Assembly (NCBI GenBank): GCA_043228905.1
Contig: JBHGNT010000007.1
Span: 14,508,001-14,572,000 of the forward strand
Direction: 5' to 3'
Source: Azolla caroliniana
Lineage: Eukaryota; Plantae; Polypodiophyta
DNA length: 64,000 nt
The first letter of the stretch is position 1; every line of letters starts with the position of its first letter. The translations under genes were made by a program, and so were the position numbers. Under the pieces are notes generated by a model. It searched no databases. It saw nothing but the letters and a program-made list of their open reading frames with translations, and was not told the origin of the DNA. Positions 1 through 11,273 of this stretch are shown here, piece after piece.

Positions 1-6
1 CGATAC

Positions 7-419
7 CTTGGATCACATAAGCAACCTTGGGGACATTGGCATAGTTTGGCAAAAGCAAGCCGTCTTGCTCGAGCTCTAGCTCTGCAATCCGGACCCCGAC
101 ATTGCGGATAGCACGATCGATATCATCTTTCATCCAAACACGCACTACTCCACCTTCAGTTTGTAACACCTCACAAGGTTCCCCAAGATCTAGATCAAGA
201 AACTCTTTCTTCCTTCTCCTCTTTCTGTCTATCATCATGATTATCGAGCGTGGAAATTAATGTCGTAGTATAGAGATTCGATCGACCTTTGCAACCTTCC
301 AATGAAAAATATTCAGAAGGAGCATCACGACCTTCCAATGAAGCATATGATTCATCCACCACACAACCTAGAAGAAGCAGCAGGAATACCCATATCATCA
401 AATGGTTGTAGTAACGCAT
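7..419 (-). CDS. First exon of an 11S globulin/legumin-like cupin storage protein gene; the rest lies left of the window; apparent frameshift near 200-240
   Basis: The minus strand from ATG 238 reads MMIDRKRRRKKEFLDLDLGEPCEVLQTEGGVVRVWMKDDIDRAIRNVGVRIAELELEQDGLLLPNYANVPKVAYVIQG, then a GT donor at 6-5. This matches the legumin N-terminal cupin motif EGG..W...GLLLP.Y.N.P...YV.QG and the usual first-intron position. An upstream ORF from ATG 419 encodes a signal-peptide-like MRYYNHLMIWVFLLLLLGCVVDESYA in another frame, joined across a purine-rich run. Confidence 0.75.
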
Positions 420-502
420 AATGAGCAAAATATTGAAAGGATATCTTTGTGGGAATAGATAGGATATATAAATGTGATACAACACAACTGGAGATTGAGG
501 GC

Positions 503-566
503 ATATATATGATCTATTGTAATGGCATGCAAGGGATTGTGCATGGAGGTGTGTGTCCACATGGCA
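503..566 (-). promoter_or_regulatory. Putative storage-protein promoter: TATA-like box, two RY (CATGCA) motifs and an E/G-box-like CATGTG
   Basis: ATATATAT at 503-510, CATGCA at 526-531, TGCATG at 540-545 and CCACATGGCA at 557-566, 85-150 bp upstream of ATG 419. RY plus G-box is the established ABI3/bZIP seed-storage architecture. Confidence 0.45.
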
Positions 567-1339
567 GCACAGCTCAAGGGTGATGATCATCATGAGTGTA
601 CTACTATTAATCAACATTCATGTGTTGTAATCACCTTACCCAAGGTTCCTTCTAAAGACTACTTCTAGTATGTACATACTTGCAATCATGTCCAAACATA
701 TTTCATAAGTCATCACTCGTATGCCCAAACACCGCAAAGTCATTCTATATAGCTTCGGAATCCATGAATGGGGCCTAATGAATGGTTGGAATATATCAAA
801 GATGATACTTCGGAATGTTTTTTGGCTTGTTTTCTATCCGAATATCATGACAACCAAGACGAATGCTCTCCACTCGATGATGAATTAAATGTTCTCCGAA
901 TATTAATGTGACATGCAAACTTGGTTATATATAAACTATCAAAACCATACAGGAAATATAAATTCATGGTTTCATCTAGAATGGAGTTAGTAAAGAATAA
1001 AGAAAGGAGTCGAAAATATAATTGCAAGCATTCCCTAACCTTCCTTCCCGTTCCACTTGGAAACAACCACTCTAATTGGGATGAGCCAGCTTATTGATCT
1101 CCTCCTTCACTTGAGGCACATAGTTGGGGTTCAATGGATATCGGTGGTGTTCAACCTGGATCACATCAGTTTTGAGTTGTAACTAATGTTGATAGAAATT
1201 GGGTTGTAAACCTTATCATCGTTGATGATAAGGTGGATACCTCATATAGTTCATAAGTTTGTGGTGAAAGTTTGGATACCGCCTTATATACTTTGGCTTG
1301 AGGTCGTCCTCTAAAGCCAAAGTACTTCTTCTCACTCTT

Positions 1340-1520
1340 TTTCCAACATCCTGAACTCGTATATCTCTTGGTCGAGTACATTGCATGCCATTGCAAATTC
1401 TACCAATAATTCCAGATAGCTCTATTCCGTGGACTCCATGGGATAAGCGTTGATCTAATCCATCATCTTGTTGGCTATGACATTGTGTGGCACGGTCATG
1501 GCTTTGAATAGGGTTGAACA
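1340..1520 (+). pseudogene. Highly decayed Gypsy integrase-like relic
   Basis: Frame-broken YIACHC ... IPWTPW/ISVDLI ... GYDIVW resembles the end of the integrase zinc finger and the PW..ISxDxI core start. Confidence 0.3.
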
Positions 1521-2047
1521 TCACCAACATTTGTATTACAATTTGACATAATGAAAGAATAAGAGAATAAGGAGAATAAGATATTAACAGTGCTAAACGA
1601 CATCGACAACCCCCAAACGGAGAACATGAGATAAATATTACCAATAAATATTACCTTTTATTATACCTTGATTTTTCAATAATAGGTCCAAAGAAGAGGG
1701 AATAGCCTAACGAATAAAGTCTCAAAATGTCGTAATGAAGAGGGTAGCTCTCAAACCACCACTCGCTCCCACATGTTTTGGATCATTATGGGATTGTCCC
1801 ACTTATTAGAATAAGTGGTTTCCAAATATCCTACCCTCACACATTAAAATTAGCTATAAGCATAGTTCCTAAATGTTAGAATCTTAATTAATGTTAACAA
1901 AAATTAAGAAAGAAAGAGTGCCAGTACACCCCTTAGCGAAAGTGAGAGATGGATTTATGTCCCTCGCCGGCGTCTCATACTACAATTTACAAACATGGAT
2001 AGTACCTTGGGTTTGAAGAAGAAGAAGGTGCACGTGGATGAAGCTAT

Positions 2048-2909
2048 TGTTGTATCACATTGTCAAAGTCTATCTCAAAACAACCAAGAAAAGAGATCCC
2101 TCTTCATGAAGGTAGCTAGATTTTTTATTAGGCCCATGTGTGAGCCAAGTGATGAAACACTCTCTAAGTTATCTCCTATCATAGGATTGAGTTAGCTTAA
2201 TACTCACGCTTCATCCTTGCAAATTATACTACAATTACGGTTGCAATTGTCTAGATGACAAGTTATCCTTACAAATTAGCCTACAATTACGGTTACAATT
2301 GTCTAGATGAAAAGTTATATTATCCAAATGGATTTGAACCTATAGCCTTATGATACACCTATCAAAGCCTTATCATCATGATAATTATTATAATGTGTGA
2401 TATTATTATATCATCTAATATTTCACATATATTCTAGAACTTTCCCAAATAATCTCAAAAACTCATGAAAATTTTAATTATCTAGAAAACTCTCGATAAC
2501 TTTGGAATATTTTAGAAAATTTACGAATACACCTTCGAGACCTATAAAATAGAGGCATATTGTAGTAGGAGAGAGAGAGAGGAGAAAAGAGAAGGGAAGT
2601 CACGGAGGCCGAATCTTGGCCTCCTAAGAGCATTCGCCCTCTTATATTAACGTCAACCCCTACGTTGGCCTCAACCCTTTTGTTCACCTTCTCGCCTACA
2701 TTGACCTCAAACCCCTATGTTGGCCTCAACCCTTATGTTCACCTTCTCCCCTACATTCAACTCGAACTTACATTCGATTTGACCCCTACAATCACCTTCA
2801 CCCCAATGTTCCCCTTGCCTCCTATGTTTATCTCCCTTACTTCATTCACCTCACGAGCCCACATCACAGTATTTGAGCACTAATTAAATAAAGCAGAGTT
2901 CACACAACA
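2048..2909 (+). repeat. Probable old solo LTR-like sequence
   Basis: TGTTG...CAACA ends, TCTAGAA/CTCGA-type repeats, TATA (CCTATAAAAT near 2541) followed by a (GA)n run, and an antisense B-box at 2330-2340. No TSD found. Confidence 0.35.
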
Positions 2910-3244
2910 TCATGTCCTCCCTGGTCTTGCTCGAGTGGCATAGACACGCATGTTTAAGCTACAAAATTAACAATTAGCACTCATATATTCATTTGGTGAG
3001 TACTTTGACACCACTTATTGTTTTATATTCTATTGTGACATGCAATTGTAAATGGTAATTGAATCATCCAAGAATTATTTAATTCAATTTCCTATTGTGG
3101 AACCAAAACTATAAAAATCTTGAGTAGCTCAATTGCAACAGACTTCCACACATTACTGAAAGCTATACTTGCGTTTTCACAACCTTTGTGACTTTGTTGT
3201 TAATGATATGTGTAAAAACAGAGAAGTACTGCAATCCAGGTTGA

Positions 3245-3280
3245 AACACGTTCGCGTTCACAAGTGGAAGGATCGCGCAT
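3245..3280 (+). repeat. Left TIR of copy A
   Basis: Inverse of 12286-12321; nearly identical to 53505-53540 and to the inverse of 61102-61137. Confidence 0.95.
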
Positions 3281-3602
3281 AAATGGAAGGATAAGGGAAA
3301 TTTTAGGGGTTTTTCAATGATTTTACAAAACACATTGATACCAGTATCATACATGTTCAAACATACTATGAAAAAGGTTAAAAATCCACTATTTTCGTGA
3401 TTTAGAAGTAACTAAAAAAAGACGAATTTCAAAAAGATACATTCTCAATTTATATAACAAACTTTACAACCAATGTTATTTTATAAGAAACGATTTTTTA
3501 GAAATCATAAGAATTCAAAACACATGATTTTATATTACTCGATTTGTTACAAGCGGAATGTAGTTACACGTAATAGCCAAATATACATTCATGATCACTC
3601 CT

Positions 3603-6383
3603 TTACGGTGAATCACTACTATAACTAATATACAATGACGATTCCTCCTCATCATCCTCGGATGTACCAATCAGTGCATTATCTTCGTCATAAACCAAAT
3701 GGTTTGACTCTAGATTATATGTAGCAGATCTCGTTTGCCTTTGACTCGAGCCACCTTGTAGACCTGGTAATTTTTCTTTTATTATATCTATTGTTGACTT
3801 CCTTAATCGTCCGGCCTTTGTAAGTGTGAAGTCGTACACGATGATATCCACATCAGAGATATCAAGGGTCAAGGTGTTACGAATGTTTCGCTTCCTCTTC
3901 CTACCTCCCCTTCTTGTTTGGCATTCAATCATCTCCAATGTATACTTACCTGTAAAAGCATTTGCACTTCTAGTGTTGTACCAATGAACATTTATAGACT
4001 TGATCGTGTTTTCTATTTCATGCATTAGCACTTCTAGAATTTTACCAACCCAAAATTGGTGGCCATGTGAGTTCTCATTAGCCGGCGTTGCAATCAACAT
4101 CCCCGCGGTGAGCTCTTGCAAATTTCCTTGCCATCTAGCTTCGGCTGCTTTGGTCATCCTTGGTCCCACATAAATGTCTCTTTGTTGTGGATGGACCAAG
4201 CTGTCATTAATCGCATTTACTAGTCGCTCCGGACTTCTATTTACGCGATCATGTTGCAGCGACCATGTGAATGGCGTTTCCAAATTCCAATTATCAATAG
4301 ATACACAATTGTCTATAATTTCTTTCTGATCACTATAAAATACATCCCACCATGACGTGTCTTGTTGTGCGGCATATTTCTTGGCGGCCTCAATATGCTT
4401 TCTTTTTTCTTCTAAGGCTTGGAGCCATGACCGTTTTTGTTCTGATACCAAGTCGCTCTGCAACTGTCCTTTCTTCTCAATTGGCATTTGCTTAGCTCCA
4501 TGGACAATTGTACTCGGCATACAAAGTAATAACTGGCAACCACCTTCAGGTTCCCATGTTGTAGAAGATGAATATTGTTTAGCATACAAAAGTGTAGAAC
4601 CACTTATTCCCTTTTTCTTTATCAAAAAAATGTGATTGAAACTTATATTGTTTAACTAAGCAAGCACTTTAACATTCCCACCACCCCCATCTAATATATA
4701 TCTCTTAAAGTCATATACCTCCGTCAAGTGTAACACTTTTGGGCGTGGTGTATAAGCATCACAAATGACATCAAATAGTTTAGGTAAAGTGAAAGCATCA
4801 TGCCGAGACAACTGTCTGGAGAATGTGCTAAACATCTTATCTACATGGTCATGTGTGTGGGCAACCAAAAGGAAATTGACTTTCACTTTCCTAAACAATT
4901 CTAGGTTGACCACCATACTTAGATAGCCAAATACAGTTGAATTTTTGTTCTCTCTAGCAGTATTGTCCAATTGAATGTATAGAACAGGGGGGAAAGGTTG
5001 TCCCCAAGACATCAAAACTCGGTGAATCACTGTAACTGTTAGGTTAGGGTCATTGTGAACATTGGGGTAAGTAATGAAGACGTGAGGTCGAACGGACCTA
5101 TTATAAGCCAAGCATCCCACCAAGTGCATTTGAACAAGGCACTCATCATTGACATCTTTGGGGAGCCTCCGCATATGCGGCAAGCATGTCTTCTTCTGGT
5201 CCATGCCATCTATCATTAAGCACATGTATTGTTCAGGCCTCTTCAAACACTTCTCTCTATGATGCATCGCCTTCCTTCGTTCTAAGGATTGTGCCTCACG
5301 ATGCTCTTGTAGTAACTTCTTACTCGTATCCTTTTCCATTGATGTCTTTGCACCTTTAGCCAAACTTTTAAGATTTGCACAAATGGAGCAATACCCCATA
5401 CGTACTTTACGAGGAATAATAACATTTGAAAACCGAGATCTCCATAATCTTGTGAATTGGCTATAGGTGATAGACTTATTACGTGAGCCCAACATATCAG
5501 ATTGATAGACATCATAAACTTCCCGACGGGTATAATTATCAGAAAGATGCATCCTACCTGTAGTGGGCATTACTTCACAATTTAACTGAAAGTAAGTTTT
5601 CATCCAGCCAATAGCTAGTCTTCCAATTGCACCTTTCATACTTGGAACCTCTTTACAATTGAGCATCTGATCCCCGCTAAGTAGACGTTGTTGTACTCTA
5701 TGTAGCCGCATGTTACTAACACATAACGCAATTTTGAATGCAACTCTACATATCTGTTGCGCATGGAAGATATAATACTCGAATGATACTTTGATCCCCG
5801 TACATTTGTCAGATACTAGTTGCATATGTGATCCGAGGTAAGTGTCTTGCTCATCACCGGTCATCGAAAAATAGTATCGCCTTAATTCTCGCAACTTTGA
5901 TTTTCCAATCATAGACATACAACCACGGGCACAACATATTTTGTTGACATCAAATCCAATCTGTTTATCTGATGTCACCAAGCTAAATCTAGCCAGACGA
6001 ATTCTTCGTGGGATTCTTCTAATATGCATAGGGCTCCCAGATTTCTCTTCCTGCATAGAGGTTGGTGTAACCTTGTTACAGTCTAATTCTCTGTTGTGAC
6101 CATCGCCAATGTTATTCAATGTTTCCTGGGCACTTCCTTCATTCTCGGTATCTTTATTAATATCGTATTCTTCAATAGAGAACTCTTCACATGTGTCATT
6201 ATTTACATTCCCTGTAGATGAGCTCAGACAATATTATTCGATAGAATATGGTGAGTCGGTCGACAGACAATATTCTTCAATCGAATATGGTGACTCTGTT
6301 GACAAACAATACTCTTCAGTAGAAAACAATGGGTCTGATGACAAACAATATTCTTCAATCGAGAACGGTGAATCTTCACTCAT
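3603..6383 (-). pseudogene. Sola-type (Sola1/DUF7869-like) DDD transposase; intronless, ~926 aa, two in-frame premature stops
   Basis: ATG 6383 is in frame with ORFs 4656-6119 and 3603-4625. Stops are at 6234-6236 (TAA in place of GAA of a repeat unit) and 4656-4658 (TAG; AAG in copy B). Motifs: CSIC..H zinc finger, MIDGMDQ (D1), LYIQLDNTARENKN (D2), FLLVAHTHDHVDKMF (D3), and basic NLS-like RRGGRKRKR. Confidence 0.85.
6222..6380 (-). repeat. 33-bp coding tandem repeat (11-aa unit ~SxDSPxSIEEYCL, 4-5 copies) at the transposase N-terminus
   Basis: Units visible in both copies (copy B 59346-59490). Confidence 0.85.
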
Positions 6384-6639
6384 GGCTTAAGGTCTAGATA
6401 GGGCTCTCTAAGTTATACTCCTCTCTAAACATATACTCCTCTCTAAACATAAACTTCTCTCTAAACAAAAGCCAAATCAATAGAATGTCTATATTATGTA
6501 ATATTCTATTAATACAATACATCAAAAAATTATTTTTAATAAAGTAATTGTACTTAAAATATCAATTATTATATAAACTAGATCTATATGAAGTTAAATC
6601 AAGTAAAATATAAAACTAATCATTAACAAGCCATGAATA

Positions 6640-7066
6640 TATTGGATTAATGTTAAAATCATTGGCTAATTAATGGCACCCATTTTGATATAGAACGTCT
6701 CACTCATTGGTTCTTTAATGTTCACCATTTTAAATATTAGACTTATCAATCATTGGTTAATTCATGCCCACATCTTTAATACACAACATTTGAGAGTCAT
6801 AAAAATTGTTGCTTTTAGTAATCAATCATTGGTACATTCATGAACCTCTATCATTGTCTCCTTCATAACCATTGAAGTCATTGTAGGTTGTTATGACTAT
6901 AAAAGATTGATCAATATATTAGTTTGACTTTGTAATCATTAATACAATCATAAGTTACTCTAGTTAATGTGACTATGGTTACCAACTAACTATCCTCAAA
7001 GTTACCAACCTTGGTTAAGGTGACTATGGTTACTTTAACCAATGTGTTCAATCCCTATAAATAGGA
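6640..7066. promoter_or_regulatory. Divergent promoter region: repeated ATTGG (CCAAT-box) units and TATA box CCTATAAATAGG
   Basis: ATTGG at about 6641, 6661, 6706, 6752 and 6828, partly in degenerate ~45-bp repeats. TATA at about 7054-7065 is conserved in copy B (58930-58941). Confidence 0.55.
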
Positions 7067-7089
7067 AGACCTCGTCATATTTCACTCAC

Positions 7090-7150
7090 CAGAGCGTACA
7101 GAGCGTACAGAGCACACAGAGCACACAAAGCACACAGAGCACAAAGCACG
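7090..7150 (+). repeat. 9-bp tandem repeat (CAGAGCACA/CAGAGCGTA) in the putative 5' UTR
   Basis: About 6 units between the TATA box and ATG 7189; a shorter version is in copy B at about 58880-58908. Confidence 0.8.
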
Positions 7151-7188
7151 AACGCGCGATCTCCGCCTCCACTTCCACACGATCAACC

Positions 7189-10100
7189 ATGTCTTCAAAG
7201 AGAATCGAGCGCGAGGACTCCAGGTAGGCCTCTGACACTGTGGACATTTTTGTAAATATGTTTCGTTTCTCAAGAACTCGATACGCCGTATCGAGTTCAT
7301 GTATACAATACAAACTTTAAACACGAACTCGATACGGCGTATCGAGTTCGTGTTTAAAGTGTAGGTTTCAAACAGGAACTCGATACGCCGTATCGAGTTC
7401 ATGTTTAAAGTTTGAATTTTAAATAGGAACTCGATACGCCGTATTGAGTTCCTATTTATAGTGTAGGTTTTAAACACAAACTCGATACGGCGTATCGAGT
7501 TCCTGTTTAAAGTTTGAATTTTAAACAGGAACTCGATACGCCGTATCGAGTTCCTATTTATAGTGTAGGTTTTAAACACGAACTCGATACGCCGTATCGA
7601 GTCCATGTATATAAGAAGGCTTTGAGAGAGAAAGATCGTGTTTTGGGGGTAACAAATAATTATGGGGTGGAAATGATATCAAATTGTCTGGCAAAATCAG
7701 TCTTTTTTATGTTGACTTTCCTTACTTTTAAAGAAAAACATGCTCTAATTATAGGTGTTTTATGCTCTACTTTAGCTTAAAATAGTAGAAAATGATCCAC
7801 AAATTGCCTTTACGATAGCAAATTCTCCTCAATATAGGTTTGGAATCTATATAAGTCATACCTACTATTTAAAAGAATATATAACCCGTTTTACTTATTA
7901 CGATATATATTTTCTAGGTTGAATAGCCCTGCCTATAATAGATTTTTGAATATGTTACTGCTCCTAGGACCTGTTCTTCATTATAATATACAACGTCAAT
8001 CTACGTGACTACCTAACTTATGTTTTTGCATATACTTTCTTAAATAGGTCGTTTGAGAACCTGTCAGACTGACCCGTGAAGAAAATAAAGCTTCGTATAC
8101 AAGGTTCTCCAATCGAAGCCCAGACCAAGGTAGCTCCTGAGACCATGAAGAGAGGAAAAAAGCTTCTCTTTAACGAAGAGACAAAATCTCAGCCACATAG
8201 TGATGTTAGCCAAAAGAAACTTGTCGCCGCTACTGGAGGCGAACACATTCCTGACCGAGATCTAACGGACAAGGAATGGTGTATGCAATATGTCGACTCA
8301 AAGAAAAAAGTCGTATTGTATACATCAAAGAAGAAGGGTGAGGGGCAGCTTGGAAAGGAAACCCCATTTATGTATGGCCGTATTCTACGATTTGACAACG
8401 AAGATGCAGATTCGGCCAACATACTGGTAATGATAGAGTGCTCCAAGGGGGTACGTAAAGTGTTCCTTTCAGAAGACCTTTTAGTAAAGGAATCTTGTGG
8501 ACCAGAAGTGTTCAAAAAAGCACTTGATAACTCACAAAACCTTATTGTTACCTTGAGGCCTTATATACAAGGCCATGTAACTCTAAGAGATGAAGTGCCC
8601 TCCCCATTGAAGGCCACAAAAAAGGTATCCAAAGTCCAGTCAAGACCAGCAAAGAAGAAGACAATAAAAATGTCGGATACAGATTCAACAAGTGAAAATG
8701 AAGAGGAGGATAATAAGGGGACGCTAGGAGCCGAGCTGGCCTCGGGTGTTTTGTCATCCGAGCAGAATAAAATAAGGAGAGAGTTAATGCAACGGAAGCT
8801 GGTCAGGAAAGGGCAAGTATTTAATTTGCCTATAACACACATCCATCGGCCCCCTATTGATGAAAAAACAGGTCGAAGACCACTTGAGATTAGAGAACCT
8901 CACCGCATGCATGTTCAAAATCTCAAGAAAAAAATGAAAATTAATCCTCATGCCACTGTGGTGCCTTTTATTGTTATGGTAGATCCTGAAGAATGTGAAA
9001 CCATTGAAGATTTTGATATTAGAAAGCATGATCAATATAATTATTTTGTCATTGGTGGATCACATTCAGCAGAGGCACGTCGGCAACTTGTGAGAGAACA
9101 TCCAATCACTTTCTTCTTCAAGTATGCCGAGTGCAAAATTTATGTTGGGCTCACAACCGAAGAGGCTAAGTTGTTGGCATGGGACCATAACAATGATAAT
9201 GACTATAGGCAGAAAATGTCATCTATTGAGCGTATACGGTTCTTCCACCACGAGTATTTAGATGTGAAACAAAAGTTTGGTGTGAAGTTACATCCAGGCC
9301 TTCGACGTCAATGTCTGCATGAAGTCGGCATTGTGGTAGATGATAATGTTAGGTCCGATGGTCTTCGAAAGTATGAGTCTTGGTTTCAATTGGCGTTTAG
9401 AGATGGAGAAGTATGGGACCTACAAGATCAAATCTTCTCAATGTGGGAGAATAAGGAGGTAAAGGGTCAACGACAAAAGAAATGTAGGGTTGACCCTCAA
9501 CTAGAGTTAAAGTCACAAGCCGCCAAGAAAATTGACTTGACAATTGAAGAAGCGGCAGATGACATGAAGTTGTCTCTATGGAGAGCGATGCAAGGTATTA
9601 AGGACGAGCAGCTTCTTGTGTCGGTTTTGTCAAGGGTTGTGGCGAAAGATTTAAGCCTTGAAGAAATGGTCACTGAGTTCAATAAGTAAGTCTTTCAAAT
9701 ACTGAAATTGTAGTGTATCTGGTGTAATTCAAAGTTCTAATCTTGATTTCTAATTTTATAGTCATAAGGTGTACATGAAGATCCAAGAAGTTATGATGAA
9801 ACAACTTGGATGTATAACTTGGGAACAAGTGACCGAGGATTATCCTCTAATGTCTTCGTATAAGGCGTTATCAGAGTATTTTATTGCATTCAAGGATTGG
9901 GTTAGTATTCATGTTTTTTCATTACCCTTTCGTCATATGTAGAGCTTGTATAATAATACCTGATGTCCTATTGCTTCTATTAGAAACCGTGTCGAGGCAA
10001 GAAACAAGGAGAAGTTAAGGATATACACGATTTCCCTACATCCTTCCTTGCACATCTCGAGCGAGCCAGAAAAGAAAAGGATCGTTGCTTAGTCAAGGCG

Positions 10101-11273
10101 TACGAAATGGAGGAAGATGGCTCGTTAAAAAAATTTAGCCACAAAAAAGATATTACGAGAGATCTTTACTACAATGTGGTTTGCGGTAATGTCATCGACT
10201 TGATCCAGAAGGTGCCAAAGAAGGAATATACGCTAATGATTGCGGATATTCCTTACGGATTTCGAATGGTTGGGTCATCATACGACGATGAACCGTTTAG
10301 GTTTAAACAATTGGAGAAGATGGTCAAGGATTTCGCTGAGCTAACGACCGCATCCTTGTGGCGAATAGTTGTCTTTCATAGTATGGACCAAGGGTACTCG
10401 GTAGCTCAAGCTTTGAGATCTCGTTGCCATGGCATCGAGAACCTTGCATGGTAAGGATTTTTTATAGGTGTCTTTCACTATATTGCAATTCTTAAGGTTG
10501 TTGAATCTATTCTTAACTCGATGAATTATTTTTTATAGGATCAAGACCAATGTAAATAGAGGGCCAACTTTTCGGTTCGTTAATGCCATTGAATACATAA
10601 CGGTTGGCTACTTCGATGAAATTAAGAAACAGAGAATCAAAGAGCATTCTAATGAAGTGGGAGGTTCAAATCTGTTGGTATATCCAGTAGTGACTCGGAA
10701 ATTGCGACATGTCACCACGACAGAACGGGGACTTGTCAACCCATACCAAAAACCTCAACGACTTATGATGCGCTTGATCGAGATGTTTTCTGTCGAAGGA
10801 GACTGGATATTAGATCTCTTTTCTGGCACAGGTATTCCTCGAACTAGGGTAACGATCTTGAGATAACCAATCACTTTTTTTTCGTTTGACAACTAAATCT
10901 TCTTGTTACTTACATCACAGGAACTACGTCAGCATGTGCATTGAAGTTGTTTAGAAATACAGTTGCATTGGAGAAGGACGAGGACCAAGTTATATTTATT
11001 AATATGCGGATTAAGGCTTTGTGGGAGTGCCCAGACTAGGATGAGGAGGTCGGTGCAAAGAACCTCACCAATACAGAAAGGTTTCAACCTGCTTCGCGAG
11101 AGCCTATTCCTCCGTTAGCCGGTGAACCGGGGGAGCTAATAGAGCTTGATGATGAGCTTATAGAAGATATTTCGTTGGCTCGGCTAACAGGGGAAACCAA
11201 TGCACCTATAGCCGAAGACAGTTCTACACAAGATGATGAAGAAAATGACGTTGATGAATTGATTGCTATGTAA
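7189..11273 (+). pseudogene. ParB/Srx-like domain plus beta-class N6-adenine/N4-cytosine DNA methyltransferase fusion; 6 exons, ~974 aa, two premature stops
   Basis: Exons 7189-7223, 8048-9685, 9762-9900, 9984-10450, 10539-10831 and 10921-11273, all GT-AG, total 2925 nt = 975 codons, splice sites conserved in copy B. ParB-like VPFIVMV...YFVIGGSHSAEARRQL...EEAKLLAWDHN. MTase motif IV MIADIPYG, then W-I-K-T-N...AIEYI, NPYQKP and motif I DWILDLFSGTGTTSACALKLFRNTVALEKD (completed by splicing). Stops: TGA 8070-8072 (CGA in B) and TAG 11037-11039 (CAG in B). Confidence 0.85.
7274..7604. repeat. Array of seven 25-bp palindromes GAACTCGATACG-N-CGTATCGAGTTC at exact 51-bp period, in intron 1
   Basis: Units start at 7274, 7325, 7376, 7427, 7478, 7529 and 7580. 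Spacers alternate between two related types and extend the stems. Confidence 0.95.

Noticed and set aside
640-800. Possible gag zinc-knuckle relic
   Set aside because: Too degenerate to support.
7274-7604. CRISPR array (palindromic repeats with regular spacers)
   Set aside because: Spacers are not unique (two alternating related types that extend the stems), there are no cas genes, and the array lies in a spliceosomal intron.
7082-7606. 174-aa repetitive ORF (NSIRRIEF repeats), also 58697-58909
   Set aside because: By-product of a 51-bp repeat; not conserved as an ORF between copies and lies antisense in an intron.
8076-11273. Bacterial contamination or prophage restriction-modification locus
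   Set aside because: The gene has five conserved GT-AG introns and a TATA box, and sits within TSD-flanked TIRs among plant retroelements.
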